Shown piece after piece: positions 19,889 through 28,535 of a stretch of DNA of 64,000 bases; the stretch's first letter is position 1; every line of letters starts with the position of its first letter. The DNA is taken from positions 29,822 through 93,821 of the forward strand of contig CAKOTZ010000005.1 in NCBI GenBank assembly GCA_934120395.1. Direction: 5' to 3'. Under the pieces are notes generated by a model, which saw only the letters and a program-made list of their open reading frames with translations, was not told where the DNA came from and did not search any database. This DNA comes from an uncultured Clostridia bacterium (GTDB lineage Bacteria > Bacillota > Clostridia > TANB77 > CAG-508). A program made the position numbers and the translations under genes.

Positions 19889-20771
19889 TTCTTTTCCTTA
19901 ACCAGTAAACTATACACGCTATAATAACTATAATAACAATACCAATTAAAACAATCATTCCATTTCTGCCATTGCTCCTATTTTCCTTTACAGTAGATAT
20001 CCTAACAGCATTACTTCCCGCTTCTTCCTGTGCATTCAATAGTTCATTAACCCTTTGAGCCATAGCAATATCATTTTGTTTTTTCTTTTTCTCTTCATCT
20101 GCATTACGTCTATATACATCAATTTGGTACTGTCTAGTTGTAAAACCATTTTCAGCAGTTACCAGTATTGAAATCATATTATGTCCAATTTGCAAACTCT
20201 TATTTCCTATAATCTCAACCCTAGCCTTTTCACTCTCAGGTATAGCCAATATATTTAAACTATCCACATCATTCGCAAGTTCCGCACTATAATAAGTTTG
20301 TTCTTCTTTTAACTCCTCATTCAGTATAGCGTTTTCTAAAGCTAAAGTCTCAAGCAAGGCATTTGCCTTTTCCTTATTATTTGTTTTCGTCACATATATA
20401 TAATACACCTTCTTTTTGTTGCTAACACTAGAACGTACAATAACTTCTATTTTATTTAAGCCATTTTTAAAATTACTATTACCAACAATCTCTACTATAT
20501 CATCTTTGTTCTCAGGTATAGCAGTTATATCTAAATTATTTACACTTTCGTCAACCAATAAATAATATTCAAATATTTCTCTTGAAAAAAATGGTTGTAA
20601 GCCCTCTTCGTTTATCCTAAACACCTTTAAATAATTTTTTTCATCATCTTCGTTTATAAAATGTACACTTTCTGTTTCTGCGCTACCTAAATCTATTTCC
20701 GCTTCAGCATAAGAAAAATTAATCATTACAATTATACCTATCGTGCATATTGCAATAGCCATCTTTCTCAT
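19878..20771 (-). CDS. Cadherin-like beta-sandwich repeat protein with C-terminal TM anchor
   Basis: Two repeats of ...L..L.I....L.P.F....Y.Y.L.V...V..L.I.A.P....A.VEI.GN..L..G.N.I.I.V.AE.G... Signal peptide from MRKMAIAI (20771). C-terminal TM segment plus RKRKRT. Confidence 0.65.
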   Translation of the reverse strand: MRKMAIAICTIGIIVMINFSYAEAEIDLGSAETESVHFINEDDEKNYLKVFRINEEGLQPFFSREIFEYYLLVDESVNNLDITAIPENKDDIVEIVGNSNFKNGLNKIEVIVRSSVSNKKKVYYIYVTKTNNKEKANALLETLALENAILNEELKEEQTYYSAELANDVDSLNILAIPESEKARVEIIGNKSLQIGHNMISILVTAENGFTTRQYQIDVYRRNADEEKKKKQNDIAMAQRVNELLNAQEEAGSNAVRISTVKENRSNGRNGMIVLIGIVIIVIIACIVYWLRKRKRT

Positions 20772-20793
20772 GTATACACTCTCCTCTCTATCT

Positions 20794-22518
20794 TCATTGT
20801 TCAATTGGTTTAAGTCCTAAAATATGCCTTTGAACCAGTAAACAGTCTATAGACGATGGACTCTTACCATTTTTTCTTACATTACCAGCCTTATAAAATA
20901 CATTTTCTAGTCTTTGCATTTCTAATATATGTCTTCGCATAACCAGTAAATCAACACTACTAATCTTTCCATCTCCATTAACATCTCCATACAAAATAAA
21001 AGTATATTGTGCCACAACCGCTCCATCAGCATTGAGTATATTTAACCTTGCACCTGTTCCAACTAATTCATTACCTTGTAAAATTACGCCATTAACATTT
21101 CTTATCTCTGTTGAGTATTGAGTATTTACCTTTGTTTTTATTTTTGATACCGTATTTTCATTTAGACCACTAATCTGATTATCTTCTACCTTTAAACTTG
21201 TATCAAACGATATTTCGCTACTATCAATAGCTACTACAGTATATGCCTGAAATACGTATCCAATAATACCGCTTTGTAATATTACCCTGTCCCAAAGTTC
21301 TCCATTACCATTTCCCTTAGAGATTCTTGTCATTTTTTCACCTCTAGCAACTTGTATAATACTTTCATAGCTTGTTCCTGGCCCACTTCGCACATTCAAT
21401 GTAGTACTTACATTTGCTATTACTTGTGTATTATCATCAATATATTCGTTTGGATTTATATTTGGACTTTCTATCGGTCTTTCTGGCATATTATTATAAA
21501 TTGGAATAATAAAATTATGACCGCTATCTATTAAATTACTATTAACATACCCCGTATGCACAGATTTTGACTCACTATATGGAGCAAGTACATTAGTCAT
21601 ATATTGGTGCCAAAACAAACTTCTATTAGAATTATCAAAAACATGAAATTTTTGCAAATAAATATTATTTTGTCCTCTATTAATATAACTAGTTCCAATA
21701 AAAATTCCACCACCAGTAATAGCTCTTTCCTTTGAATTCCATGGAATAACATACCTATTCTGTGTTGTTTGATTTGCACCATTTCCATTTCTAGCAAACT
21801 GTAATCCCTTCTTTATAGCCTCTAATTGACCTGTTCCACTTGTAGCACCAATATTATAAAAATTATATAAACCTCTGTATCCCTCTACATCACCACTAAT
21901 CGACTTGTGAGATAAAAATGGACCTACTTCCTGTTTTATACGTGATGCTAAATTAAAAGCACTAACCCCACTAATTTTAGCACCATTTTCAATTAATTCT
22001 GCATAAGTTTTATTGGTATATATTCTTTTTCCATTTTCATCTAAATAATTAACCTTACTTTGATAAAATTCTGTTCCATATAGTATTTTTTCTATATTCC
22101 TTGCAATATTACTACTTGCTTCATAAGATAATTTTTCAAACTGAAAAATACGCACATCATTTAAAAAATTCCTAGGATCCATAGTATATTCTATAGCCTG
22201 TTTGGATGAATCCACCCAGTTTCCATCTACTTCTACATTATATTCACCAGGCTTTGTATTTTTCCAACGATCCGAATATGATTTTGGCACCAAATTCTTT
22301 CCAAATACATTTTCATTTGCAACTACTTTATTCCACTCCAAATTAGTATAAAGTGCTGAAAAGGTCCAATTAGGATGCTTTTTTTCTAGTTCTCTCAAAT
22401 AAGGCTGATAACTTGCTGGGAAATTACCTATACCTGTTTTAAGCTCAGCCGCTTCTGTCTTCCATCCAAACAAGGCAAGTAGCAGTAATATAAAGATAAA
22501 CGTAAAGCTTTTTCTCAT
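20794..22518 (-). CDS. Secreted N-acetylglucosaminidase-like (GH73-type) protein with SH3b and a C-terminal dockerin
   Basis: Signal peptide from MRKSFTFIF. ...GGIFIGTSYINRGQNNIYLQKFHVFD... is glucosaminidase-like. NVRSGPGTSYESI is SH3b-like. YGDVNGDGKISSVDLLVMRRHIL is a dockerin repeat. Confidence 0.65.
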   Translation of the reverse strand: MRKSFTFIFILLLLALFGWKTEAAELKTGIGNFPASYQPYLRELEKKHPNWTFSALYTNLEWNKVVANENVFGKNLVPKSYSDRWKNTKPGEYNVEVDGNWVDSSKQAIEYTMDPRNFLNDVRIFQFEKLSYEASSNIARNIEKILYGTEFYQSKVNYLDENGKRIYTNKTYAELIENGAKISGVSAFNLASRIKQEVGPFLSHKSISGDVEGYRGLYNFYNIGATSGTGQLEAIKKGLQFARNGNGANQTTQNRYVIPWNSKERAITGGGIFIGTSYINRGQNNIYLQKFHVFDNSNRSLFWHQYMTNVLAPYSESKSVHTGYVNSNLIDSGHNFIIPIYNNMPERPIESPNINPNEYIDDNTQVIANVSTTLNVRSGPGTSYESIIQVARGEKMTRISKGNGNGELWDRVILQSGIIGYVFQAYTVVAIDSSEISFDTSLKVEDNQISGLNENTVSKIKTKVNTQYSTEIRNVNGVILQGNELVGTGARLNILNADGAVVAQYTFILYGDVNGDGKISSVDLLVMRRHILEMQRLENVFYKAGNVRKNGKSPSSIDCLLVQRHILGLKPIEQ

Positions 22519-22610
22519 TTTTGCCTCCAAATGTTTTTCTCTTATTTTATCCTCCATTAAAAAAAACATACAAAAAAGACCTCTTAATTAAAAGAAGTCT
22601 TTTCTATTTT

Positions 22611-23762
22611 TCATTTTTTCATCAATTCACTTGAATATTGTTTGTCTCCCACTTTAACATTTAGGAAAAATCTCTTGTCTAACATATTTTTATTTATATC
22701 ATACTGCATTCTATATTTGTTTTTCTCCTGTGTACTTCCCATTGTTGTCTCGTAATAAATATTGCCATCTTCATCAGATATATTTATAGTATTTTTTCTT
22801 AATTCATCCCACTCATTTATATTCATATCTTTTCCGCTCATAACAATATCTGTAAGCCCTTCTACTTTTATTTTCAACGTTAATCCTACTTCTGTTACAT
22901 ACAATTTATCAATTTCTACACCAGGTATTTCATCTTTTAATACTAAATTTTGTTCTTGTCTTTCGTAAAATCTATCTGGTACGCTTATTTCAAAAATCCA
23001 TTCTGCATTACTAATTGTAAATTCTTCAATATCATTTGGCTCACCATTATATTTTACATTCACCATATTGTATCCTAAATCAAATACTCTAATATATATT
23101 TTGTGACTCTTTGGAAAACCCTTAGACGAACCCATATGAATTTGAGAAACTATATTTCTTTCATTAGCACTTACATTGCTTACTCCACAATTATCCGTAT
23201 ATTGCAAACTATATATGTCATTTTTATTATATTTTACCCCTATATCTTGGTATATGTATGGCGTAATATTATCTCTCTTTTCTCCTATGTGCATCCTTGT
23301 GAATATTCCATAAATATTTTTGTTTTCGTCATATACAGCATAAGCAAACTGAAATGTTTCTGAATTTAATTTTATTTCATCATCAAATTGAAAATTTATG
23401 TTTGCGCCAAAATAATCATCAGTTATAATCAGCGAATCTACCTTTGCTTTAATTCCATCTTGCTCTATATAATCCATGTCTACCATTTCTCCATATCCAT
23501 CTTCAAAAGCCTCTTGTATAGTACCGCTACCATATTCAAATTCTCTATTTTGGTATTCTTTAAATTTTATATCCCATTGTATTTTTGCATAAATTTGTGT
23601 GGAAACAGTACCCAGTATAAGTACAGTTACACATGCAACTGCTACACTTGCCCATCTTTTTTTAGTACTCAAACTTTTTCTTTCTTTCATTTGAATTTTT
23701 TTGTAAATTGCATCTTTATCATTTACTTTTTCTAAATATTCTTTTATTACTTGATTAGCCAT
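22611..23762 (-). CDS. Anti-sigma factor-like membrane protein (DUF4179-like)
   Basis: Overlaps the sigma gene stop. N-terminal cytoplasmic segment, one TM segment (WASVAVACVTVLILGTV), and an extracellular beta-rich domain. Start uncertain (23762-23774). Confidence 0.6.
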   Translation of the reverse strand: MANQVIKEYLEKVNDKDAIYKKIQMKERKSLSTKKRWASVAVACVTVLILGTVSTQIYAKIQWDIKFKEYQNREFEYGSGTIQEAFEDGYGEMVDMDYIEQDGIKAKVDSLIITDDYFGANINFQFDDEIKLNSETFQFAYAVYDENKNIYGIFTRMHIGEKRDNITPYIYQDIGVKYNKNDIYSLQYTDNCGVSNVSANERNIVSQIHMGSSKGFPKSHKIYIRVFDLGYNMVNVKYNGEPNDIEEFTISNAEWIFEISVPDRFYERQEQNLVLKDEIPGVEIDKLYVTEVGLTLKIKVEGLTDIVMSGKDMNINEWDELRKNTINISDEDGNIYYETTMGSTQEKNKYRMQYDINKNMLDKRFFLNVKVGDKQYSSELMKK

Positions 23763-24294
23763 TTCCATCCACATCCTTTCCTAAGTATTTTTTTATTTCT
23801 TTCAATGTCCTATATATTCTATTTTTTACATTAGACTCTCCTAGGTTAAGTCCCTTTGCTATTTCGCCTATTTTCATATCTAAGGCAAAATATAAGTAAA
23901 AAATTTTAGCCGTTATTAAATCCTTTCCTTTTACATATTCCCACATTAATCCAACATTTTCTTTTGTAATAAAGTCCTGTTCTAAATCAAATTCAGCTAT
24001 CGGTTCTATTGTATTTTCATCGTTACTATAGAAAGATACAAGATTTTCTTTTTTCTTTTTATAATAATGTCTTTTTATTATGTTATTAGCTATTCCTATA
24101 ATATAGGCACCTGTATTATCTTCTGTCATAAGCTTCCTTTTTTTAATTATCTTAAGTAATTCAATATATGTATCTTGTATGATATCATTTATATCGTCCA
24201 TATTGTTACATCGTAAAACTACATATTTTAATGTACCTGCGTAAGTATCATTGTATATTTTTTCAAAATTTACTTCATTTGTTATTTTAACCAT
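23755..24294 (-). CDS. RNA polymerase sigma-70 family (ECF-type) factor
   Basis: Region 2 (DIIQDTYIELLK) and region 4 HTH (KIGEIAKGLNLGESNVKNRIYRTLKEIK). Confidence 0.8.
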   Translation of the reverse strand: MVKITNEVNFEKIYNDTYAGTLKYVVLRCNNMDDINDIIQDTYIELLKIIKKRKLMTEDNTGAYIIGIANNIIKRHYYKKKKENLVSFYSNDENTIEPIAEFDLEQDFITKENVGLMWEYVKGKDLITAKIFYLYFALDMKIGEIAKGLNLGESNVKNRIYRTLKEIKKYLGKDVDGNG

Positions 24295-24401
24295 TTTTAC
24301 CTCCTTTACTATATAATCTTAAAGTATTAAAAAAAAGTTTCAATTCGAATAATAAAATTTAAAAAGAAAAAGACCTCTTATTTTCATAAGAAGTCTTTTA
24401 C

Positions 24402-24992
24402 TTACATAACAGTATCAATTTCTCTAGCCTTTACAATTATCCTTTTCTTTGAATCACTAGTACATGTTATCAGTGTAATTTCTCGCTTTCCATTAGTTTC
24501 TTGTGACAAACACGCTATATCACTTGGAGCTACCCTTGTAATAGAATACACTTTATATTTTATGCTAGTATTAGTATTATCAGTAAGTATAACTTCATCA
24601 TCCTTTTTTAGTTCTTTTAAATGATAAAACATATTATTTCGTTTATAATTATGTCCTGCAATGCAAAAATTTCCAATTTGATTTGGCTTCGCTCCCCAAA
24701 ATCTAGTTACACTAACAAGTAAGGTCTCTTTATTACTTTCTGCCAAAACATCAGTTTTTAAATTAATTTTTGGTATTTCTAAACTTGCTATAATTTCATA
24801 CCCTTCCTTTGTTTCCCTTTTTATTTCCTCTTTTTCAATCTCATTTGTAGCTACAACATTTTCAGTTATTGAATATACTTCTGTCTCTTTAATTGGTTCT
24901 GCAATTTGATTCTCCATATACCAGTTAAAGCACATACCCATTATAATTAAAAAAATTGAAATTATTATAATAACTTTTATAATTTTTTTCAT
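24402..24992 (-). CDS. Sortase family transpeptidase
   Basis: N-terminal TM segment, NFCIAGHN... and ...ITLITCT catalytic Cys motif, RIIVKAREI. Confidence 0.85.
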   Translation of the reverse strand: MKKIIKVIIIISIFLIIMGMCFNWYMENQIAEPIKETEVYSITENVVATNEIEKEEIKRETKEGYEIIASLEIPKINLKTDVLAESNKETLLVSVTRFWGAKPNQIGNFCIAGHNYKRNNMFYHLKELKKDDEVILTDNTNTSIKYKVYSITRVAPSDIACLSQETNGKREITLITCTSDSKKRIIVKAREIDTVM

Positions 24993-25042
24993 ACCCTCTC
25001 CTCATATGTAAATTTGGATAGAATTATCTATCCAAATTTTTG

Positions 25043-26170
25043 CTATTTTTCTTTTCTTGCAACATAAATATATGAAACTACTAGTATCATAATCACTACT
25101 GCAGAAGCGGCATATAAATTTATTCCTGTCTTTGGCAAATGTGTTGGTGTTTTTTCTTCTTTACTTGAATTTGTATTATTATCTTTTATATTATCTTCTT
25201 GTTCAGGTTTTTCACCTGGTTTTTCTTCTGGCTTCTCATCTGGTTTTTCATCCGGCTTTTCTTCTGGCTGTTCAGGTTCTGGCTGTTCAGGCTGTCCAGG
25301 CTGTCCAGGTTCTTCTTCCGGTGGAACAATTACAGCTTTTTCTTTAACATTTAAAGTTACTGTTTCTTCACTAATAGTTTTGTCAGAATCATCACGATTA
25401 ACTAATTTAAACTTAATCGAATAGGTTCCAGCTTTACTAAAAGTTCCACGTAAATTTAAAGTTTGATTTACATCTTTACCACCTATAGCGTATCCAGCAT
25501 CATCTCCCCAACCACTTTGAATTAAATCTTGTTCTGCTCTATTTGCATCAGTTCCAATTAATTTTACATTTCCTCCTTCAGGTGTTGTTGCTTCTGCTAA
25601 AATCCTTACATGCTTATAATTTTTTCCAATTGCTGAACTTACTGATAACTTCATCTCTTTTTCTTCTTTTTCTACAATATCTCCGGTATAGCTTAATGCA
25701 ATTTTATAGTCCTGATATTTTGGTTCTGCTGTTACTTGTTTAGTAATAGGTACTGTAATGTCATCATATTCCTCACTTGCATCAGCATTTGCAAGTCCTT
25801 CAGCTGTTACATTAATTTCTGTTGGATTAGACGCTGTCAAGTCTTCTTTTGCCTTAAAAGTAACATCCATATCTTCTCTTGGAGTATCAGCATCATTGAA
25901 GGTTACTCTTACTTTTGTACCATTGTCATTTGCTTCACCTCCTGTAGCACTAACAAATTCAAGAATTTTGTTGTCATATGCAAAATCAAAAGTGTATGCG
26001 CCTAATTGTTTTCCAAATTTTACATGTGCCTTTAATTCTTCTCCAGCATTAACTACAGTTTTATCTAAGCTAACATCTAATGAATCCAAACTTGCAGCAT
26101 AACTGTTTAGCCCTATATAGCTTAATACAAATACAGCCATTATGAAAATTTTAATAAAGATTTTTTTCAT
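25043..26170 (-). CDS. LPXTG-anchored surface protein with an N-terminal cohesin-like domain and a PE/PG-rich stalk
   Basis: Signal peptide. ...VSLDKTVVNAGEELKAHVKFGKQLGAYTFDFAYDNKILEFVS... is cohesin-like. (PEEKPDEK)n linker. LPKTG followed by a TM segment and RKEK. Confidence 0.65.
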   Translation of the reverse strand: MKKIFIKIFIMAVFVLSYIGLNSYAASLDSLDVSLDKTVVNAGEELKAHVKFGKQLGAYTFDFAYDNKILEFVSATGGEANDNGTKVRVTFNDADTPREDMDVTFKAKEDLTASNPTEINVTAEGLANADASEEYDDITVPITKQVTAEPKYQDYKIALSYTGDIVEKEEKEMKLSVSSAIGKNYKHVRILAEATTPEGGNVKLIGTDANRAEQDLIQSGWGDDAGYAIGGKDVNQTLNLRGTFSKAGTYSIKFKLVNRDDSDKTISEETVTLNVKEKAVIVPPEEEPGQPGQPEQPEPEQPEEKPDEKPDEKPEEKPGEKPEQEDNIKDNNTNSSKEEKTPTHLPKTGINLYAASAVVIMILVVSYIYVARKEK

Positions 26171-26301
26171 GTTTTTACTCCTTTCTATTTTTTATACTTT
26201 ATATTATTTCAAATTTTCACAATATTATTTATTGTATTAAATGGAAAAAGTCATACTTTTACGAAATTTGTATATTTACGTAAAAACATGACTTTATATT
26301 T

Positions 26302-27180
26302 TTATAATATTATATCTCTTTTTAATAAATTTTTTCTTACTATTCCAAGCCCAATAAATCTTTTGTTTTGATCATAAACTCTATAATTATTATCTAATAA
26401 ATCTTTTTTAAGCAAAACACCATTTAAAAACAATTGTAAGTCTTTTTCATTTAATTCAATAACACCTTTATTTTCGAAAATTTTTTCAATACCAATTACT
26501 GTTTTCCCCAAAAAACACTTATTATCCTTATTTTCCTCAATCTGCTTTAAAGTAACCGACTGACTTATTTTGAAATTTTCTACCTCTATTCGTCTTAAAT
26601 CGCTCATATAGCCAACTGTGCCTAAATTTTCAGCTATCTGTTCGCAAAGCACTCGAATATACGTTCCTTTTGAACATTTGACATTAAATTTTATGTTTTG
26701 ATTTTCTTTGTCAATTTCAATTAAACTAATATTATATATTTCAATATCGCGTGCCTCAGGTTTTATTTCTATTCCCTCTCTTGCATATTCATATAGCTTT
26801 TTACCATTTACTTTAATTGCAGAATACATTGGTGGAATTTGTTTTTGCTTTCCCTTTACATTTTCGAGTGCATTTATTACATTTATCTCTTCAAAACATG
26901 ATACAGATACACTTTTTTTCTCTATACATTTTCCTTCTCCATCTGCAGTATCTGTTTTTTCCCCTAATTTTATAGTTGCTTCATACACCTTATCATGTTC
27001 AATTAAATATTTTGCAATCTTTGTTCCCTTACCAACCAATATTGGTAAAACTCCAGTTGCCATTGGATCAAGTGTACCTGCATGTCCTACCTTTTTTGTT
27101 CCTAATGCTTTACGTATTTTAAAAACAACATCATGTGAAGTACAATTTTTTGGCTTATCTATAATTAAAACTCCGTCCAT
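26302..27180 (-). CDS. truB: tRNA pseudouridine(55) synthase
   Basis: MDGVLIIDKPKNCTSHDVV...GHAGTLDPMATGVLPI. Confidence 0.93.
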   Translation of the reverse strand: MDGVLIIDKPKNCTSHDVVFKIRKALGTKKVGHAGTLDPMATGVLPILVGKGTKIAKYLIEHDKVYEATIKLGEKTDTADGEGKCIEKKSVSVSCFEEINVINALENVKGKQKQIPPMYSAIKVNGKKLYEYAREGIEIKPEARDIEIYNISLIEIDKENQNIKFNVKCSKGTYIRVLCEQIAENLGTVGYMSDLRRIEVENFKISQSVTLKQIEENKDNKCFLGKTVIGIEKIFENKGVIELNEKDLQLFLNGVLLKKDLLDNNYRVYDQNKRFIGLGIVRKNLLKRDIIL

Positions 27181-27194
27181 TATGGAAACCTCTT

Positions 27195-28145
27195 CTATTT
27201 TAAATATATTTTTGTTTGTGAAATTAATCTATCTCTTACTTGTTCTAAATCTCCTGTACTTATTTGACAACCAGCAGCCTTATTATGACCACCGCCACCA
27301 AACATTAAACAAATATCTGATACATTTACATAGTCATTAGAGCGAAGTGACGCTTTAAAGCCATTTTCAACTTCTCTTATGAAAATAGATACTTCTACAC
27401 CTTCTATTTCTCTTCCAATTGACACACAGCCTTCCCAGTCGCCAATACCAGCACCGATGCTCTTTTCATCTTCTTGCAATATATATGTAAAAGCTATCTT
27501 TCCTTCTTCATAAAATTGAATTCTATTCATAGCAAGCTTTGTAATTTCAAATTTTGTTTTAGACATAGTTTGAAATACTCTTTTATATATATTTGTGATA
27601 TTTATTCCCTTGCTTAACAATCTAGCAACAATTTCAAAGGTTTCACAGCTTACACCTTCATATTGAAAACCACCTGTATCTGTTATTATACCTGCCAAAA
27701 GACAAGTTCCAATTTCCCTGCTAATATCTATGTTCCAATATTCTAATACCTTTATTAATATTTGTGCACACGCAGGAGCTACAGGATCAACATAATTAAA
27801 ATCTGCATACATAGAATTTACTACATGGTGATCAATTTGAATTGTTTTTTTAGCACTTTCAAATGATTTAGCTGGATCTGCAAGTCTTGCTTGAGTTGCA
27901 CAGTCAACAGCAATAGCCAAATCGTAATTTTGTTTTCCCTCTCTTATACTTTCGTTAATTGACGGTAAAAAATCAAATACTTTTGCATACTCAGGAATAA
28001 TAAGCTCTACTTCCTTATTTTGTGCTTTCAAAGCCATATACAATGCTAAAGCACTTCCAATTGCATCTCCATCTGGATTTTGATGAGTTAAAATACCAAT
28101 AGTTTCTGCCATTTGTAATTCCTTTTTCATGTCATCTAATATCAT
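27195..28145 (-). CDS. nrnA: DHH/DHHA1 phosphoesterase (NrnA-like oligoribonuclease / pAp phosphatase)
   Basis: HQNPDGDAIGS, DHH and GGGH motifs. Conserved position in the infB operon. Confidence 0.85.
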   Translation of the reverse strand: MILDDMKKELQMAETIGILTHQNPDGDAIGSALALYMALKAQNKEVELIIPEYAKVFDFLPSINESIREGKQNYDLAIAVDCATQARLADPAKSFESAKKTIQIDHHVVNSMYADFNYVDPVAPACAQILIKVLEYWNIDISREIGTCLLAGIITDTGGFQYEGVSCETFEIVARLLSKGINITNIYKRVFQTMSKTKFEITKLAMNRIQFYEEGKIAFTYILQEDEKSIGAGIGDWEGCVSIGREIEGVEVSIFIREVENGFKASLRSNDYVNVSDICLMFGGGGHNKAAGCQISTGDLEQVRDRLISQTKIYLK

Positions 28146-28146
28146 T

Positions 28147-28533
28147 TTACTCTCCTTCTTTAGGTTCTACGTCCTTAATAAGTTCTTTTAAGATAGAATC
28201 AATTTTAGAACCATATTCAATAGATTCGTCAAACTCAAATACAATTTCAGGTGTAGTTCTTAAATTAATTTTGTGAGCTAATTGAGTTCGTACATAACCA
28301 GCAGATTTTTTTAATGCTTCCAATGTTTTTTTCTTATTAGCATTCAACATGCTAACATAGACTCTAGCATAGCGAAAGTCTGGCGTAACTTTAACTTTAG
28401 TTACGCTAACCATCCCCGTTATATTAGTATTATTTAATTCGTAATTTACAATATTACTAATTTCACGTTTCAATTCTTCTTCGACTTTATTCATTCGATT
28501 AGTATTTTTTTGCATATATTTCTCCTTAGCCAA
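28147..28533 (-). CDS. rbfA: Ribosome-binding factor A
   Basis: ...VSVTKVKVTPDFRYARVYVS... Conserved position after infB. Confidence 0.88.
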   Translation of the reverse strand: MAKEKYMQKNTNRMNKVEEELKREISNIVNYELNNTNITGMVSVTKVKVTPDFRYARVYVSMLNANKKKTLEALKKSAGYVRTQLAHKINLRTTPEIVFEFDESIEYGSKIDSILKELIKDVEPKEGE

Positions 28534-28535
28534 AT

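Noticed and set aside
21597-21797. Same-strand alternative-frame ORFs inside genes (21597..21797, 43279..43509, 52930..53139).
   Set aside because: They are embedded in alternative frames of well-supported genes. No CGG or other shift signal links them, and they have no independent start context.
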